The translations under genes were made by a program, and so were the position numbers. A stretch of 64,000 nucleotides of DNA from Propionicimonas sp. (GTDB lineage: Bacteria; Actinomycetota; Actinomycetes; Propionibacteriales; Propionibacteriaceae): positions 9,933-73,932 of the forward strand of contig NZ_JAYFPT010000012.1 in assembly GCF_034927565.1 (NCBI RefSeq), given 5' to 3'. Shown here in pieces: positions 49,920-58,830 of this stretch. The notes under the pieces were generated by a model that saw nothing but the letters and a program-made list of their open reading frames with translations, was not told the origin of the DNA and made no database searches. How positions within the stretch are numbered: position 1 is the stretch's first letter; every line of letters begins with the position of its first letter.

Positions 49920-50393
49920 CTATGCGGCTGCGTCCCTGCCCGGTGCCGCGGCGGTGTGGTCCCATCCCCGCGGGGTGAGGTCGGGCCGGCGGTGCAGGTA
50001 GCCGTTGGACAGCAGCGGGGACGAGATGATCATGTCCGCGCTGGCCACATTGCAGGCCATCGGAATGTTCCAGACCGCACCGATCCGCAGCAGCGCCTTC
50101 ACGTCCGGGTCATGGGGCTGGGCCTCCAGCGGATCCCAGAAGAAGATCAGCAGGTCCAGGGCGCCTTCGGCGATCCGGGCGCCAATCTGCTGGTCGCCGC
50201 CCACCGGGCCGGAGAGGAAGCGGTGGACGGGCAGGCCCAGTTCGTACTCCAGCATCGTCCCGGTCGTTCCGGTCGCGTAGAGATCGTGTTCGGCCAGTGT
50301 GTCGCGGTTGTACCCGGCCCAGCGCAGCAACTCCGTCTTCATGTTGTCATGGGCCACCAGCGCAATCTGGCGTCGGTTCTTGGTCGTCATCAT
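49920..50393 (-). CDS. mgsA: Methylglyoxal synthase
   Basis: [43 protein letters not shown]. Confidence 0.95.
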   Translation of the reverse strand: MMTTKNRRQIALVAHDNMKTELLRWAGYNRDTLAEHDLYATGTTGTMLEYELGLPVHRFLSGPVGGDQQIGARIAEGALDLLIFFWDPLEAQPHDPDVKALLRIGAVWNIPMACNVASADMIISSPLLSNGYLHRRPDLTPRGWDHTAAAPGRDAAA

Positions 50394-50496
50394 GAAAACC
50401 CCCTCATCACCATCGTGACCGGCAGTCATTGCGGGCACGTTACCCGGAGCCTGCCACTGCGTTACGACCAGGCAAGCGAGCGGCTACCGTTCGAGG

Positions 50497-50832
50497 ATGA
50501 CCGACGAGTTACCGCAGCGTTCCTTCGAGACGGTGGCGGAGCTGTGGGACTGGCTGGCAATCCACCACGACTCCCACCCGGGGCTGTGGGTGGTGCTGGA
50601 GAAGACCGGCAGCCCGAGGCCCTCGATCGGCTTCCACGACCTGCTGGAGGCCGGGATCGCCTTCGGCTGGAGCGAGAGCACGCGACGGGCGAACGACCGC
50701 ACGTCCTACCTGCAGAAGTTCACCCCACGCCGCACCCGCGGCACTGCCTCGGCCCGCAACCTCGCGATCGCCGACCGGCTGGAGTCCGAGAGCCGGATGA
50801 CCCCTGCCGGACGTCGTGCGCTCGGGCGTTGA
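50497..50832 (+). CDS. YdeI/OmpD-associated family protein (short form)
   Basis: F....E..DWL..HH, G.W...K, FGW, .FTPRR..G..S..N, G.MTPAG-like ending. Confidence 0.7.
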   Translation: MTDELPQRSFETVAELWDWLAIHHDSHPGLWVVLEKTGSPRPSIGFHDLLEAGIAFGWSESTRRANDRTSYLQKFTPRRTRGTASARNLAIADRLESESRMTPAGRRALGR

Positions 50833-50963
50833 GCCGGGGGCGGCGCGGCGGGACCGGGCCCGTCAGTGCCGCTTGCCGACAGCCCGCGGCAACCACTCCC
50901 GGCGAAACCGGTCAGCAAGACATCGTGTCGACCGGCACCCCAGGCGGGGCAGCCTGCTCCGGG

Positions 50964-51350
50964 TCAGCCCCGGCGGCCGGCAGCGATGAACCAGGCGACG
51001 CCGGTGGCGACGTGCATCACGGCCAGGGTGATGCCGGTGGTGAGTTCGGCTGCCATGGTCAGTGGTGCAGCCGTGGAGAGGACGGCCGCCACCAGACCGA
51101 CCCAGGCCAGGACGCGCGCCCGCTCGGCATGGCGCCGGGCGACCAGCCAGAGCACGAGGGCGCCGACCGCGAAGGCTGCCAGGGTCGCGACGATCACCTG
51201 GACGAAGCCGACCGGCTGACCGCCGGCGACCAGGCTCGCCCCGGCCGCCTGGCCGATCAGGAGAACGACGATATTGACCAGGACCGCCGCCACGGCGGCG
51301 ATCGGGACGGCGAGGGCCACCGGACGGGTGGGGGTGGTGTCGGTGCTCAT
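50964..51350 (-). CDS. Small four-TM membrane protein (DUF6069-like)
   Basis: Hydrophobic segments, LAVMHVA; divergent from marR. Confidence 0.6.
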   Translation of the reverse strand: MSTDTTPTRPVALAVPIAAVAAVLVNIVVLLIGQAAGASLVAGGQPVGFVQVIVATLAAFAVGALVLWLVARRHAERARVLAWVGLVAAVLSTAAPLTMAAELTTGITLAVMHVATGVAWFIAAGRRG

Positions 51351-51363
51351 TGCTCCTCCAATG

Positions 51364-51430
51364 CTTGAGTGGGTCAAGTATTTCGACCGTAAGACAAATT
51401 GTTGAGATAGTCAATCATTGAGTTGGTCCA
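51364..51430. promoter_or_regulatory. Probable MarR operators (TTGA-N5-TCAA)
   Basis: cttgagtgggtcaag 51364-51378, ttgagatagtcaa 51402-51414, ttgagttggtcca 51418-51430. Confidence 0.65.
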
Positions 51431-51444
51431 GTAACCTGTCGTCC

Positions 51445-51888
51445 ATGAACGACCTGGAGCATCGCGTCACCGAGGCGCGCACCCTGTCGATGCTGCTGTT
51501 CCAGGCCATGGAGCGGGCACGGAACGACTTCGGAGCCCTGGCAGCCAGGCACGGCGTGACGCCGCCGATGGCGCGCGTGCTGCTGTTGCTGGCCGAGCCC
51601 GTCCCGATGCGCGGAGTGGCCCGCGAACTCGGCGTCGACCCGTCCTATGTCACCGGCGTCGCCGACGAACTGGAGCGCGCCGGCCTGGTCGAGCGCACTG
51701 TCGGCCTCGACCGCCGGGTCAAGCTTCTGCGGGCCACCGCCCGGGGCGCCAAGGTCCGCGCACGGCTGGCGGAGTCGATCAGCCGCGAGGCGACCGTGCT
51801 GACCCGGCTCACCGAGGACGAACGGGCCACCCTTCGGCTGCTCGCCCAGCGACTGCTGGCGGAGGCAACCGATCCCGTGGCCGGCTGA
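51445..51888 (+). CDS. MarR family transcriptional regulator
   Basis: GVTPP, VDPSYVT...D.LE..GLV.R, DRRVK, T..G. Confidence 0.9.
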   Translation: MNDLEHRVTEARTLSMLLFQAMERARNDFGALAARHGVTPPMARVLLLLAEPVPMRGVARELGVDPSYVTGVADELERAGLVERTVGLDRRVKLLRATARGAKVRARLAESISREATVLTRLTEDERATLRLLAQRLLAEATDPVAG

Positions 51889-51916
51889 GCCGTTTCGGGC
51901 CCGGCATCTGCCGAGG

Positions 51917-53023
51917 TCAGCTGCGGCGCCAGAGGTAGGGCGTGGTGGTGGAGGCCCTGATCAGCCCGGAGCGTTCCAGGATCGGACGGGAGAACTCCGT
52001 GGAGTCGCTGTGCAGCAGGGTCCTGCCCTGAGCCAGCGCCGAGCGCGCCCGGGCGGCGGTCAACGCCCGGTAGATGCCCTTGCCCCGCCATTCCTCACGC
52101 GTGCAGCCGCCCCACAGCCCGGCGAACTGCGTCCCCGGCACGAATTCCAGCCGACCGGCGCTGACCATCTCGCCGCCCACCTCTGCGACCCACAGTTCCA
52201 ACTGGTCGTCGACCGCGTGGCGTCGCACCAGCGCGTCCGCCCGCTCGCCGGAGACCTCGTCGCGGAAGACCCAGTCCTGCAGAGCGCTCATCGCACGGAT
52301 GTCCGTCTCGTCGTGGATCTGCCGGACGACGACGCCCTCGGGCAGCGGCACCTCCACCGCCAGCGCGGTGGCCTCACCGAGCATGATCGACTCGGTCTCC
52401 TCAGGCTGGAAGCCGTGGGCGATCAGCGCCTCGGGCAGACCCGGCGCGACATCGTGGCCGCGGGTCTTCCACTCGATGGTGGCGATCGACTCGTCGGGTT
52501 CGAACAGGGCGAGCGCCTGCGCCACCAGGCCGCCCACCCCGGCCTGGCCCATCCCGGCAAGATCGCGATAGCTGATGAACCCCTCGCCGCCGGCGTAGGT
52601 CGCCAGCCACAGCGGGCCCAGCCGCCGCACCGCGAGCGCATTGGCCATCTCGGCCTCGGTGCGCAGTTGTTCGTCATAGGCCTGCAGCAAGCTGAGGCGA
52701 ACGCGTTCCTGCTCGCCGTCCTCCAGACCCTCGACGACGTACCTCCGTTCGATCCCGGCCGTCGCCCGCCCCCACTCGCTGGCGGCGACCCGGGCCTGGT
52801 GGGCGGCAAACGCCGTGGCATCGACGAACCGCTCGTCGACCTGCCAGACCAGCGGATCATCGGTGGCTCGAACCTCGAAGGCGAGGCAGCCGGGTTCGGC
52901 GCGGGTCAACGCGCGATGCTGGGGCAGCTGACGTCGGACGACCTCGGCCTCCGCTGAACTCCGGCAGACGAGCTGGCCTCGGAGGCCGACGTGATGAGGC
53001 TCCCGGACAGGGGCGTGGGTCAT
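51917..53023 (-). CDS. ABM/quinol monooxygenase domain fused to a GNAT acetyltransferase
   Basis: TRAEPGCL.F, W.V.ERF, AF.AHQ; then LLQAYDEQLR...LWGGCT..EWRGKGIYRAL, SRPILER.G. Confidence 0.8.
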   Translation of the reverse strand: MTHAPVREPHHVGLRGQLVCRSSAEAEVVRRQLPQHRALTRAEPGCLAFEVRATDDPLVWQVDERFVDATAFAAHQARVAASEWGRATAGIERRYVVEGLEDGEQERVRLSLLQAYDEQLRTEAEMANALAVRRLGPLWLATYAGGEGFISYRDLAGMGQAGVGGLVAQALALFEPDESIATIEWKTRGHDVAPGLPEALIAHGFQPEETESIMLGEATALAVEVPLPEGVVVRQIHDETDIRAMSALQDWVFRDEVSGERADALVRRHAVDDQLELWVAEVGGEMVSAGRLEFVPGTQFAGLWGGCTREEWRGKGIYRALTAARARSALAQGRTLLHSDSTEFSRPILERSGLIRASTTTPYLWRRS

Positions 53024-53451
53024 GACTCTCCTCGAGTTGTCCAGGGATTCACCACGACGACTCCGGTGTGCTGGAAGTCCCTCATGTTCCGGGTCGCGCA
53101 GACAGCGTGGTGGACCCGGCAGATCGCGGCGATCTGGGCGTCCGCCATGCTGATCGGCCGCCCCGCCTTTTCCCGCAGGATGAGGACGTCGGCATAGTGA
53201 TTCGCTGCGTCGTCGTCGAACGCCAGGATCGCCCGGCTGTCGCGATAAGGCCGTAGTGCCCGGTCGACCCCTGCGCTCAGTTCCGCCTTACGCCGGCCGT
53301 CCGGCAGCCGCCGCAACCCGGCCAACAGCTCGGCGAGCGTGATCGCCGTGATGGACACGTCGTCGGTGAGTTCCTTCAGCCACGCGACGACTCGCGGATC
53401 GGGCTCCGGCTTGAGGATCTCCGAGACCACGTTGGTGTCGAGGACGATCAT
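53020..53451 (-). CDS. vapC: PIN-domain toxin
   Basis: IVLDTNVVSE, ITLAEL..G, DAQIAAI, ATRNMRDF, VNPW. Confidence 0.93.
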   Translation of the reverse strand: MIVLDTNVVSEILKPEPDPRVVAWLKELTDDVSITAITLAELLAGLRRLPDGRRKAELSAGVDRALRPYRDSRAILAFDDDAANHYADVLILREKAGRPISMADAQIAAICRVHHAVCATRNMRDFQHTGVVVVNPWTTRGES

Positions 53452-53681
53452 CCGAAGTCCACCGACCGCGCGGGGTCGGTTCGCTCGGGAATGGGAAGGC
53501 CGTCAATCCCGCCGAACTCGCGCGCCGCGTCCAGCAGGGCCAGGCCGATATGGGGCCGGCGGGTGGCCCTGGTCAGAATCTCGCGGGCCTCCGCCTCCAT
53601 CGACCTGCCGTTCTGGGCGGCCTGCGCCACCAACTGCGCCTTCACCGATTCGTCGAGCCCGCGGACCACGATGGATGCCAT
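53448..53681 (-). CDS. FitA-like ribbon-helix-helix antitoxin
   Basis: MASIVVRGLD, A..NGRSMEAE.R.IL; overlaps the vapC start. Confidence 0.88.
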   Translation of the reverse strand: MASIVVRGLDESVKAQLVAQAAQNGRSMEAEAREILTRATRRPHIGLALLDAAREFGGIDGLPIPERTDPARSVDFG

Positions 53682-53697
53682 CAGCCACCCCTCCCTC

Positions 53698-53717
53698 TGC
53701 TATCACCCATGATAGCG
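53698..53717. promoter_or_regulatory. Probable antitoxin operator
   Basis: TGCTATCA-ccca-TGATAGCg directly upstream of the antitoxin gene. Confidence 0.7.
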
Positions 53718-53719
53718 CC

Positions 53720-54373
53720 TTACGCCAGCAGTTGACCTGCGCTGAGTTCGAGGATGCGCTCGCCGAGGACTCGCCAGGTGTAGAGGTGGCCCTCGCGGCG
53801 CAGTTCGAGCAGCGACAATGTCGGACGGGTGACCACCACATCAGCCAGCCCCGCTTCGGCCACCCCAGCCAGCAGTGCAGCCTCGTCGACCTCGCCAGCG
53901 AAGTAGGCCAGTGAGACGTGTGGGTGGAACGCGGCCCAGTCACCGGGGGTGAGCAGTTCGTCGACTGCCTGCACCTGCTCATCCTTGAGCGCGGTCAGCC
54001 AGTCCGGCGCCGGCCCGGTGAGGCTGACCCCCTCCCGTCCGAGGAAGAAGGTGTCGAAGACCAGCGGCGGGCTGCCGTCCGCCCGGCTCGCGGCGTCGAC
54101 GAGGATCCGTTCGGACAGCGACTCCACGGCCTCCGGCGGGACCTCCGCGGCGAAGCCGACCCCGGTCATGGTCAGGTGCAGCCAGGCCTGGGGCACCGGA
54201 CCCACGTTCCCCAGCGCACCAAGGACGCCCACGTAGCGCTGCGCGGCCTCCGCCACCGCCAACTCAGCACCGAAGGTGAGGTGGAAGGTGAGGTAGCGAG
54301 TCTCCGGATTCCAGCCCGTCCGCCACCACCAGTGAGTCGCCGTCCGCTCGAAGTCGCCCCGGTACACCTGCAT
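53720..54373 (-). CDS. 2H phosphoesterase (2'-5' RNA ligase-like) protein
   Basis: Two Hx[T/S] motifs: WLHLTM and PHVSLAY. Confidence 0.78.
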   Translation of the reverse strand: MQVYRGDFERTATHWWWRTGWNPETRYLTFHLTFGAELAVAEAAQRYVGVLGALGNVGPVPQAWLHLTMTGVGFAAEVPPEAVESLSERILVDAASRADGSPPLVFDTFFLGREGVSLTGPAPDWLTALKDEQVQAVDELLTPGDWAAFHPHVSLAYFAGEVDEAALLAGVAEAGLADVVVTRPTLSLLELRREGHLYTWRVLGERILELSAGQLLA

Positions 54374-54444
54374 TCAGCCAACGCTATCGGCGGCAGATCG
54401 CGCGACCTGCCGCCAGCCCTTCCGGAGCTCGATTCCCCGCCACC

Positions 54445-54660
54445 CCACGGATGGATGAGCGGCACCCCCATGGCGGCTAGGTCCGCCACACTACGGGTGG
54501 CGAGGGTCAGTCCATGAACCATGGCGGTGGCGGCGATGGAAGCGTCCTGAACCGGCCGGGGAGCGGGGACGTGCAGCCGAGCGGCCTGGCGTGCCACCGC
54601 AGGACTGACCGGCAGCGCTGGCAGCACACGCCCCAAACCTCGTAGCCAGGGCGTCGACAC
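54445..54660 (-). pseudogene. Truncated second vapC (C-terminal half only)
   Basis: QDASIAATAMVHGLTLATRSVADL...HPW; no N-terminal DTN motif and no normal stop. Confidence 0.7.
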
Positions 54661-54669
54661 TGAATGCGC

Positions 54670-55209
54670 TCAGGCCAGGGCTGCCTGCAGTTCCCGGTCG
54701 CTGAGCGGACGGTCGGCGTACACCAGCCGGATCGCGGTCGGGTCGGGGTTGCCCGCGTCCGGGCCGCGATGCCGCAGCGCCAGCCCCACCTTCTCCGCCA
54801 CCCGCGCCGAGGCCAGGTTGTGCTCCAGGAGGTAGGCGATCACGAGCAGGTCCGGTCGGACCAGGTGTGCCTGCTCGATGGCCTGCCCGGCCAGCCAGGT
54901 GGCGATCCCGCGGCCATGCGCTTCGTACGCCAACCGGTAGCCGAGGTTCCAGAAGGCACCGCCACGCACCTCGCAGCCACCGCAGCCCAGCACCTCGCCA
55001 GTGCCGCGATCGCGGACGATCCAGGTGGACAACTCGTCCCGCTCCCAGCCCGCGATCCGGGCGCGGATCATCTGCTCGGTGACGCCGATCTCGGCGTGCC
55101 GCCCGGACGGAAGATGCGTCCAGACCCGGGGATCGCTGTAGATCCGGTGGACGGCGGCGACGTCGTCGAGCGTCAGCAGGTCCAGCCGGAGGTCACCCAC
55201 CTCAGTCAT
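54670..55209 (-). CDS. GNAT acetyltransferase (RimJ/RimL-like)
   Basis: NLGYRL...AHGRGIAT, N.ASARVAEKVG. Confidence 0.85.
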   Translation of the reverse strand: MTEVGDLRLDLLTLDDVAAVHRIYSDPRVWTHLPSGRHAEIGVTEQMIRARIAGWERDELSTWIVRDRGTGEVLGCGGCEVRGGAFWNLGYRLAYEAHGRGIATWLAGQAIEQAHLVRPDLLVIAYLLEHNLASARVAEKVGLALRHRGPDAGNPDPTAIRLVYADRPLSDRELQAALA

Positions 55210-55849
55210 CGCTGATCGTCATGGGTACGCAATCCGGCGAAGGGTCACAGGGCGGCTGCCCCTCGGGATCGGCGCCCCTGGCGTCGTTGACAGCATCGGC
55301 CTCCCCCGGCGTGGATCGCGTCAGGCTGTACATGTACATGTCCTTGCGCTGGTCGCCAACCGCCTGCCAGGACCGCAACAGGCCTTCCCGCTGGTAACCG
55401 CAGCTCTCGGCAGTACGCCAGGAGCCCCGGTTCCACGGCTCCACGGAGAGTTCGATGCGCGCCACGTCGTCGAACGAGAGCGCCCAGGCCGACAGCAGCC
55501 GCAATGCCGCAGTGGCATAGCCCTTCCCCCGGAATTGCTGAGCGATCCAGTAGCCCGTGCTGACCCTTCCCTGATCGAGATTGCGCAGCCACAGCCCGAT
55601 CTGGCCAACGGCCTGATCGGTGGCTGCTTCCGCCACGGCGAAGGAGTAGCCCACACCGGTCGCCAGCCGATCGTGCTGGCGCGCGATATAGGCGACCGCG
55701 TCCGCTCGCGTACCGCTGTTCGGCACCGTCGTGATGAGCGGGATCAGCGGGTCTGCCGCGACCGAACAGACCAGGTCGGCATCGCCGTCCCCGAAGGCGC
55801 GAAGGACAACCGGGTCGCGCCGGAGTTGCGGCATCACGGTTGGCCACAT
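55202..55849 (-). CDS. GNAT acetyltransferase (RimJ/RimL-like)
   Basis: GYW....RGKGYATAAL, EPWN.GS...AE..G...EG.LRSW; start uncertain. Confidence 0.85.
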   Translation of the reverse strand: MWPTVMPQLRRDPVVLRAFGDGDADLVCSVAADPLIPLITTVPNSGTRADAVAYIARQHDRLATGVGYSFAVAEAATDQAVGQIGLWLRNLDQGRVSTGYWIAQQFRGKGYATAALRLLSAWALSFDDVARIELSVEPWNRGSWRTAESCGYQREGLLRSWQAVGDQRKDMYMYSLTRSTPGEADAVNDARGADPEGQPPCDPSPDCVPMTISDD

Positions 55850-55965
55850 CGCTCTAGTACACGCGCATCCCACTCACTCAGCAAGCCCGCAACCCCGGCT
55901 TCGGCTGTTCGAGCCTGGCGCACCCTCGCCGTCATGGGCTCCGGCCTCGGCGACCTGCGCGGCGG

Positions 55966-56448
55966 TCAACCTCGATGCGCTGGGCGAACTCCGGGCTCGC
56001 CCGCGCCCGAAGCCGACGTGCGCGGGACCGCTGACGACGCTGCCTGGTCGACCGGCAGCAGGCCGCGCTCGGCGAACACCTTCTTCGCGACGAAGGTCGC
56101 ATTCAGGGCACGTGGGAAGCCGCAGTAGACGGCGGCGTGCAGCAGCGCCTCGACGATCTGCGCCGGGGTGAGCCCGACGTTGAGCGCGGCGTTGATGTGG
56201 ACATCGAGTTGCGGTTCGCAGCCGCCGAGCGCGGTGAGCATACCGAGGGTGACCAGTTGCCGGTCGCGGGGCTCCAGGCCGGGACGGGCGTAGATCTCGC
56301 CGAAGGCCCAGGCCACGGTCTGGTGCGCGAGCTCCGGGGAGATGTCGCCGAGGGCGTCGATCACATTGCGGCCGGCCTGGCCGTCGATCGCGTCCAACAC
56401 CGTCCTGCCGTGGTCGAAGCGCTGCTGTCGTTCGGTGGTTTCAGTCAT
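55966..56448 (-). CDS. Carboxymuconolactone decarboxylase family protein
   Basis: FGEIYARPGL..RDRQLVT, H...ALNVG, Y.GFP..LNA. Confidence 0.88.
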   Translation of the reverse strand: MTETTERQQRFDHGRTVLDAIDGQAGRNVIDALGDISPELAHQTVAWAFGEIYARPGLEPRDRQLVTLGMLTALGGCEPQLDVHINAALNVGLTPAQIVEALLHAAVYCGFPRALNATFVAKKVFAERGLLPVDQAASSAVPRTSASGAGEPGVRPAHRG

Positions 56449-56854
56449 GGTCCGTCCTGTTCGGTTGTTGGGCCTGGATCGCCGCGAGGTCGTCTCGGTA
56501 GGAGCTGATCTTGGCGGTGAGCGCCCGGTCGTGGGCGCGGAGCCGGGCGATCTGCTCACGCAGCACCACCTGGTGCGCTTCGAGCATCCGCAGGCGAGGC
56601 CCGGTGGTGACCGGACCCTGCTCGCGCAGCGCGGCGTACTCGCGCATCCGCGCGATCGGCATGCCGGTCGCGCGCAGCCGCAGCAGGAAGCTGACCCACG
56701 CCAGGTCCGCGGCCGAGTAGCGGCGCTGGTTGCCCGCGTTCCGGGCCACCGGACGGATCAGCCCGGCCCGCTCGTAGTAACGCAGCGTGTGCGCGGTGAC
56801 CCCGGTCGCGGCGGCCATCTGCGCAACGGTGAGGCCTGGTTTGTCCTGTGCCAT
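56441..56854 (-). CDS. MerR family transcriptional regulator
   Basis: TAHTLRYYE..GLI, GNQRRYS, LRATGMPI. Confidence 0.92.
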   Translation of the reverse strand: MAQDKPGLTVAQMAAATGVTAHTLRYYERAGLIRPVARNAGNQRRYSAADLAWVSFLLRLRATGMPIARMREYAALREQGPVTTGPRLRMLEAHQVVLREQIARLRAHDRALTAKISSYRDDLAAIQAQQPNRTDHD

Positions 56855-56861
56855 ACCCAGC

Positions 56862-56892
56862 AGGCTAGGAGTTGGAGCGCGCTCGAAGTCAA
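56862..56892 (-). promoter_or_regulatory. MerR-type promoter, leaderless
   Basis: TTGACT-19 bp-TAGCCT; GAGCGCGCTC dyad in the spacer; ATG 7 nt after the -10. Confidence 0.8.
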
Positions 56893-57036
56893 CCTCCGGT
56901 GTCGCACCCCGCCGCAACCGCAGGGACGTCATCGCTGCGCTCACGACCAAACCTCGGCAGCCTCATGCCGGCATGAGTCGATCGATGACCTGCTCACCCT
57001 GCGCGCCATCGACCAGGCAGGGGGTGGTCCAACCGC

Positions 57037-57606
57037 CTACGAGCCAGGTCCGCCCTCCTCCACCCGGAGACGCGGCCACCTCGCGGTCCACCGTTTCCTT
57101 GCGATCCGCTCTCGGAACACCTCGATCCTCGATGCCTCCCGAAACGGTGGAGTAGGTCGCGCCACCAGTTCCAGCAGATCACCGGCACCGCAGCAGTAGA
57201 GGAACTGCAAGGCACCCTCCACCGATCGAACTCCGACACAGGTCGCGGTCTCCACCCAGTGCGCGATTCCGTCACTCGTTGAGCTGTAGGGGTTGAAACC
57301 ATCGAGTTCGTGCATCCGAGCCTGGTTCCTGACTTCCCAGTTCGCGAAGGGAAAGCGGTCGTTGGCACCGTCCTCCAGGTCCCAGTCCCGCTGAGCCGAC
57401 CTGTTCAGCGCATCGAAGTACACCAGATCGACGTCGGAGTCGTGCCGAGGTTTCAGACCCGAGAGATGATCCCAGACCGCATTTCGCAAGAAGCCGGCAC
57501 CAATCCACCAATCCGGAAGGCCGAGCTGTTCGGCCGCAGCCAGAACGCGCATCATCCACTCGTCACCTCGAACAAGGTCCTCGACATCGTCCTCAGTCAC
57601 CGTCAC
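57037..57606 (-). CDS. DUF925-like nucleotidyltransferase family protein
   Basis: LPDWWIGAGF.RN.VWD, D.D.VYFD, W.VRNQARMH, ETATCVGVR. Confidence 0.82.
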   Translation of the reverse strand: MTVTEDDVEDLVRGDEWMMRVLAAAEQLGLPDWWIGAGFLRNAVWDHLSGLKPRHDSDVDLVYFDALNRSAQRDWDLEDGANDRFPFANWEVRNQARMHELDGFNPYSSTSDGIAHWVETATCVGVRSVEGALQFLYCCGAGDLLELVARPTPPFREASRIEVFRERIARKRWTARWPRLRVEEGGPGS

Positions 57607-57694
57607 GCCCTCCTTCCCCGACGCTCATTGCCGGCACCCAGCGCAACGAGGACGGGCGGGGTTCAATCAGCCTGCCAACAGCCGCGGACTGCCC

Positions 57695-58768
57695 TCACAC
57701 ATTGAACCGGAACTCCACCACGTCGCCGTCCTGCATGACGTAGTCCTTGCCCTCCATCCGAACCTTGCCGGCAGCCCGGGCGGCGGCCATCGAACCGGCC
57801 TCGATCAGGTCGTGGTAGCTGACAATCTCGGCTTTGATGAAGCCCTTCTGGAAGTCGGTGTGGATCACCCCGGCGGCCTGTGGTGCCGTCCAGCCCTGGT
57901 GAATCGTCCAGCCGCGGGACTCCTTCGGGCCAGCGGTCAGGTAGCTCTGCAGTCCGAGGGTGTCGTAGCCCACCCGGGCCAGGGTGTCCAGGCCGGGCTC
58001 GGGAATGCCCATCTCGACCAGGAACTCACGGGCCTCGTCGGGCTCCATCTCAATCAGTTCGGATTCGATCTTGGCGTCCAGGAAGATCGCCTCGGCCGGG
58101 GCGACCAGGTCTCGCATGCCGGCGATCAGCGCCTCGTCGGTCAGTTCGTCGGAGTCACAGTTGAAGACGTACAGGTACGGCTTGGCGGTGAGCAGGAAGA
58201 GCTCCTTCAGCGGTTCCAGGTCGAGCCCGGCGGCATGGACGCCCTGGCCGGAGTTCAGCACCTGCTGCGCCTGCTGAACGGCAGCGAGAACCGGCTGGCG
58301 CTCCTTGCGCAGCCGGGCCTCCTTCTCCAGCCGGGGCAGCGCCTTCTCGATGGTCTGCAGGTCGGCCAGGATCAACTCGGTGCGGATCGTCTCGATGTCG
58401 TTGCCGGGGTTGACATCGCCGTCGACATGGGTGACGTCGGGGTCGCGGAACACCCGGGTGACCTGGCAGATCGCGTCCGCCTCGCGGATGTTGGCCAGGA
58501 AGGCGTTGCCCATCCCCTCCCCCGCGGAGGCGCCCTTCACGATGCCGGCGATGTCGACGAAGCTGACGGTTGCCGGGACGATCCGCTCGGAGGAGAACAT
58601 CTCCGCCAGTACCGCCAGCCGCGGATCGGGGACGCCAACCACGCCGACATTCGGCTCAATGGTGGCGAACGGGTAATTCGCCGCAAGCACGTTGTTGCGG
58701 GTCAGCGCGTTGAACAGAGTGGACTTGCCCGCGTTCGGCAGGCCGACGATTCCGATGGTGAGAGCCAC
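57695..58768 (-). CDS. ychF: Redox-regulated ATPase YchF
   Basis: GIVGLPNAGKSTLFNALT, NYPFATIEPN, DIAG, AAGVIHTDF, EGKDY. Confidence 0.97.
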   Translation of the reverse strand: MALTIGIVGLPNAGKSTLFNALTRNNVLAANYPFATIEPNVGVVGVPDPRLAVLAEMFSSERIVPATVSFVDIAGIVKGASAGEGMGNAFLANIREADAICQVTRVFRDPDVTHVDGDVNPGNDIETIRTELILADLQTIEKALPRLEKEARLRKERQPVLAAVQQAQQVLNSGQGVHAAGLDLEPLKELFLLTAKPYLYVFNCDSDELTDEALIAGMRDLVAPAEAIFLDAKIESELIEMEPDEAREFLVEMGIPEPGLDTLARVGYDTLGLQSYLTAGPKESRGWTIHQGWTAPQAAGVIHTDFQKGFIKAEIVSYHDLIEAGSMAAARAAGKVRMEGKDYVMQDGDVVEFRFNV

Positions 58769-58830
58769 GTCGGCCTAGCCTATCGGCCCGTACGCTCGCG
58801 TCTGGCACCGATCCCGGCCATGCTTGGCCG

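Noticed and set aside
45000-57600. Accessory region as a prophage, ICE or integron
   Set aside because: No integrase, transposase, phage structural or conjugation genes, no tRNA and no attC-like series were seen.
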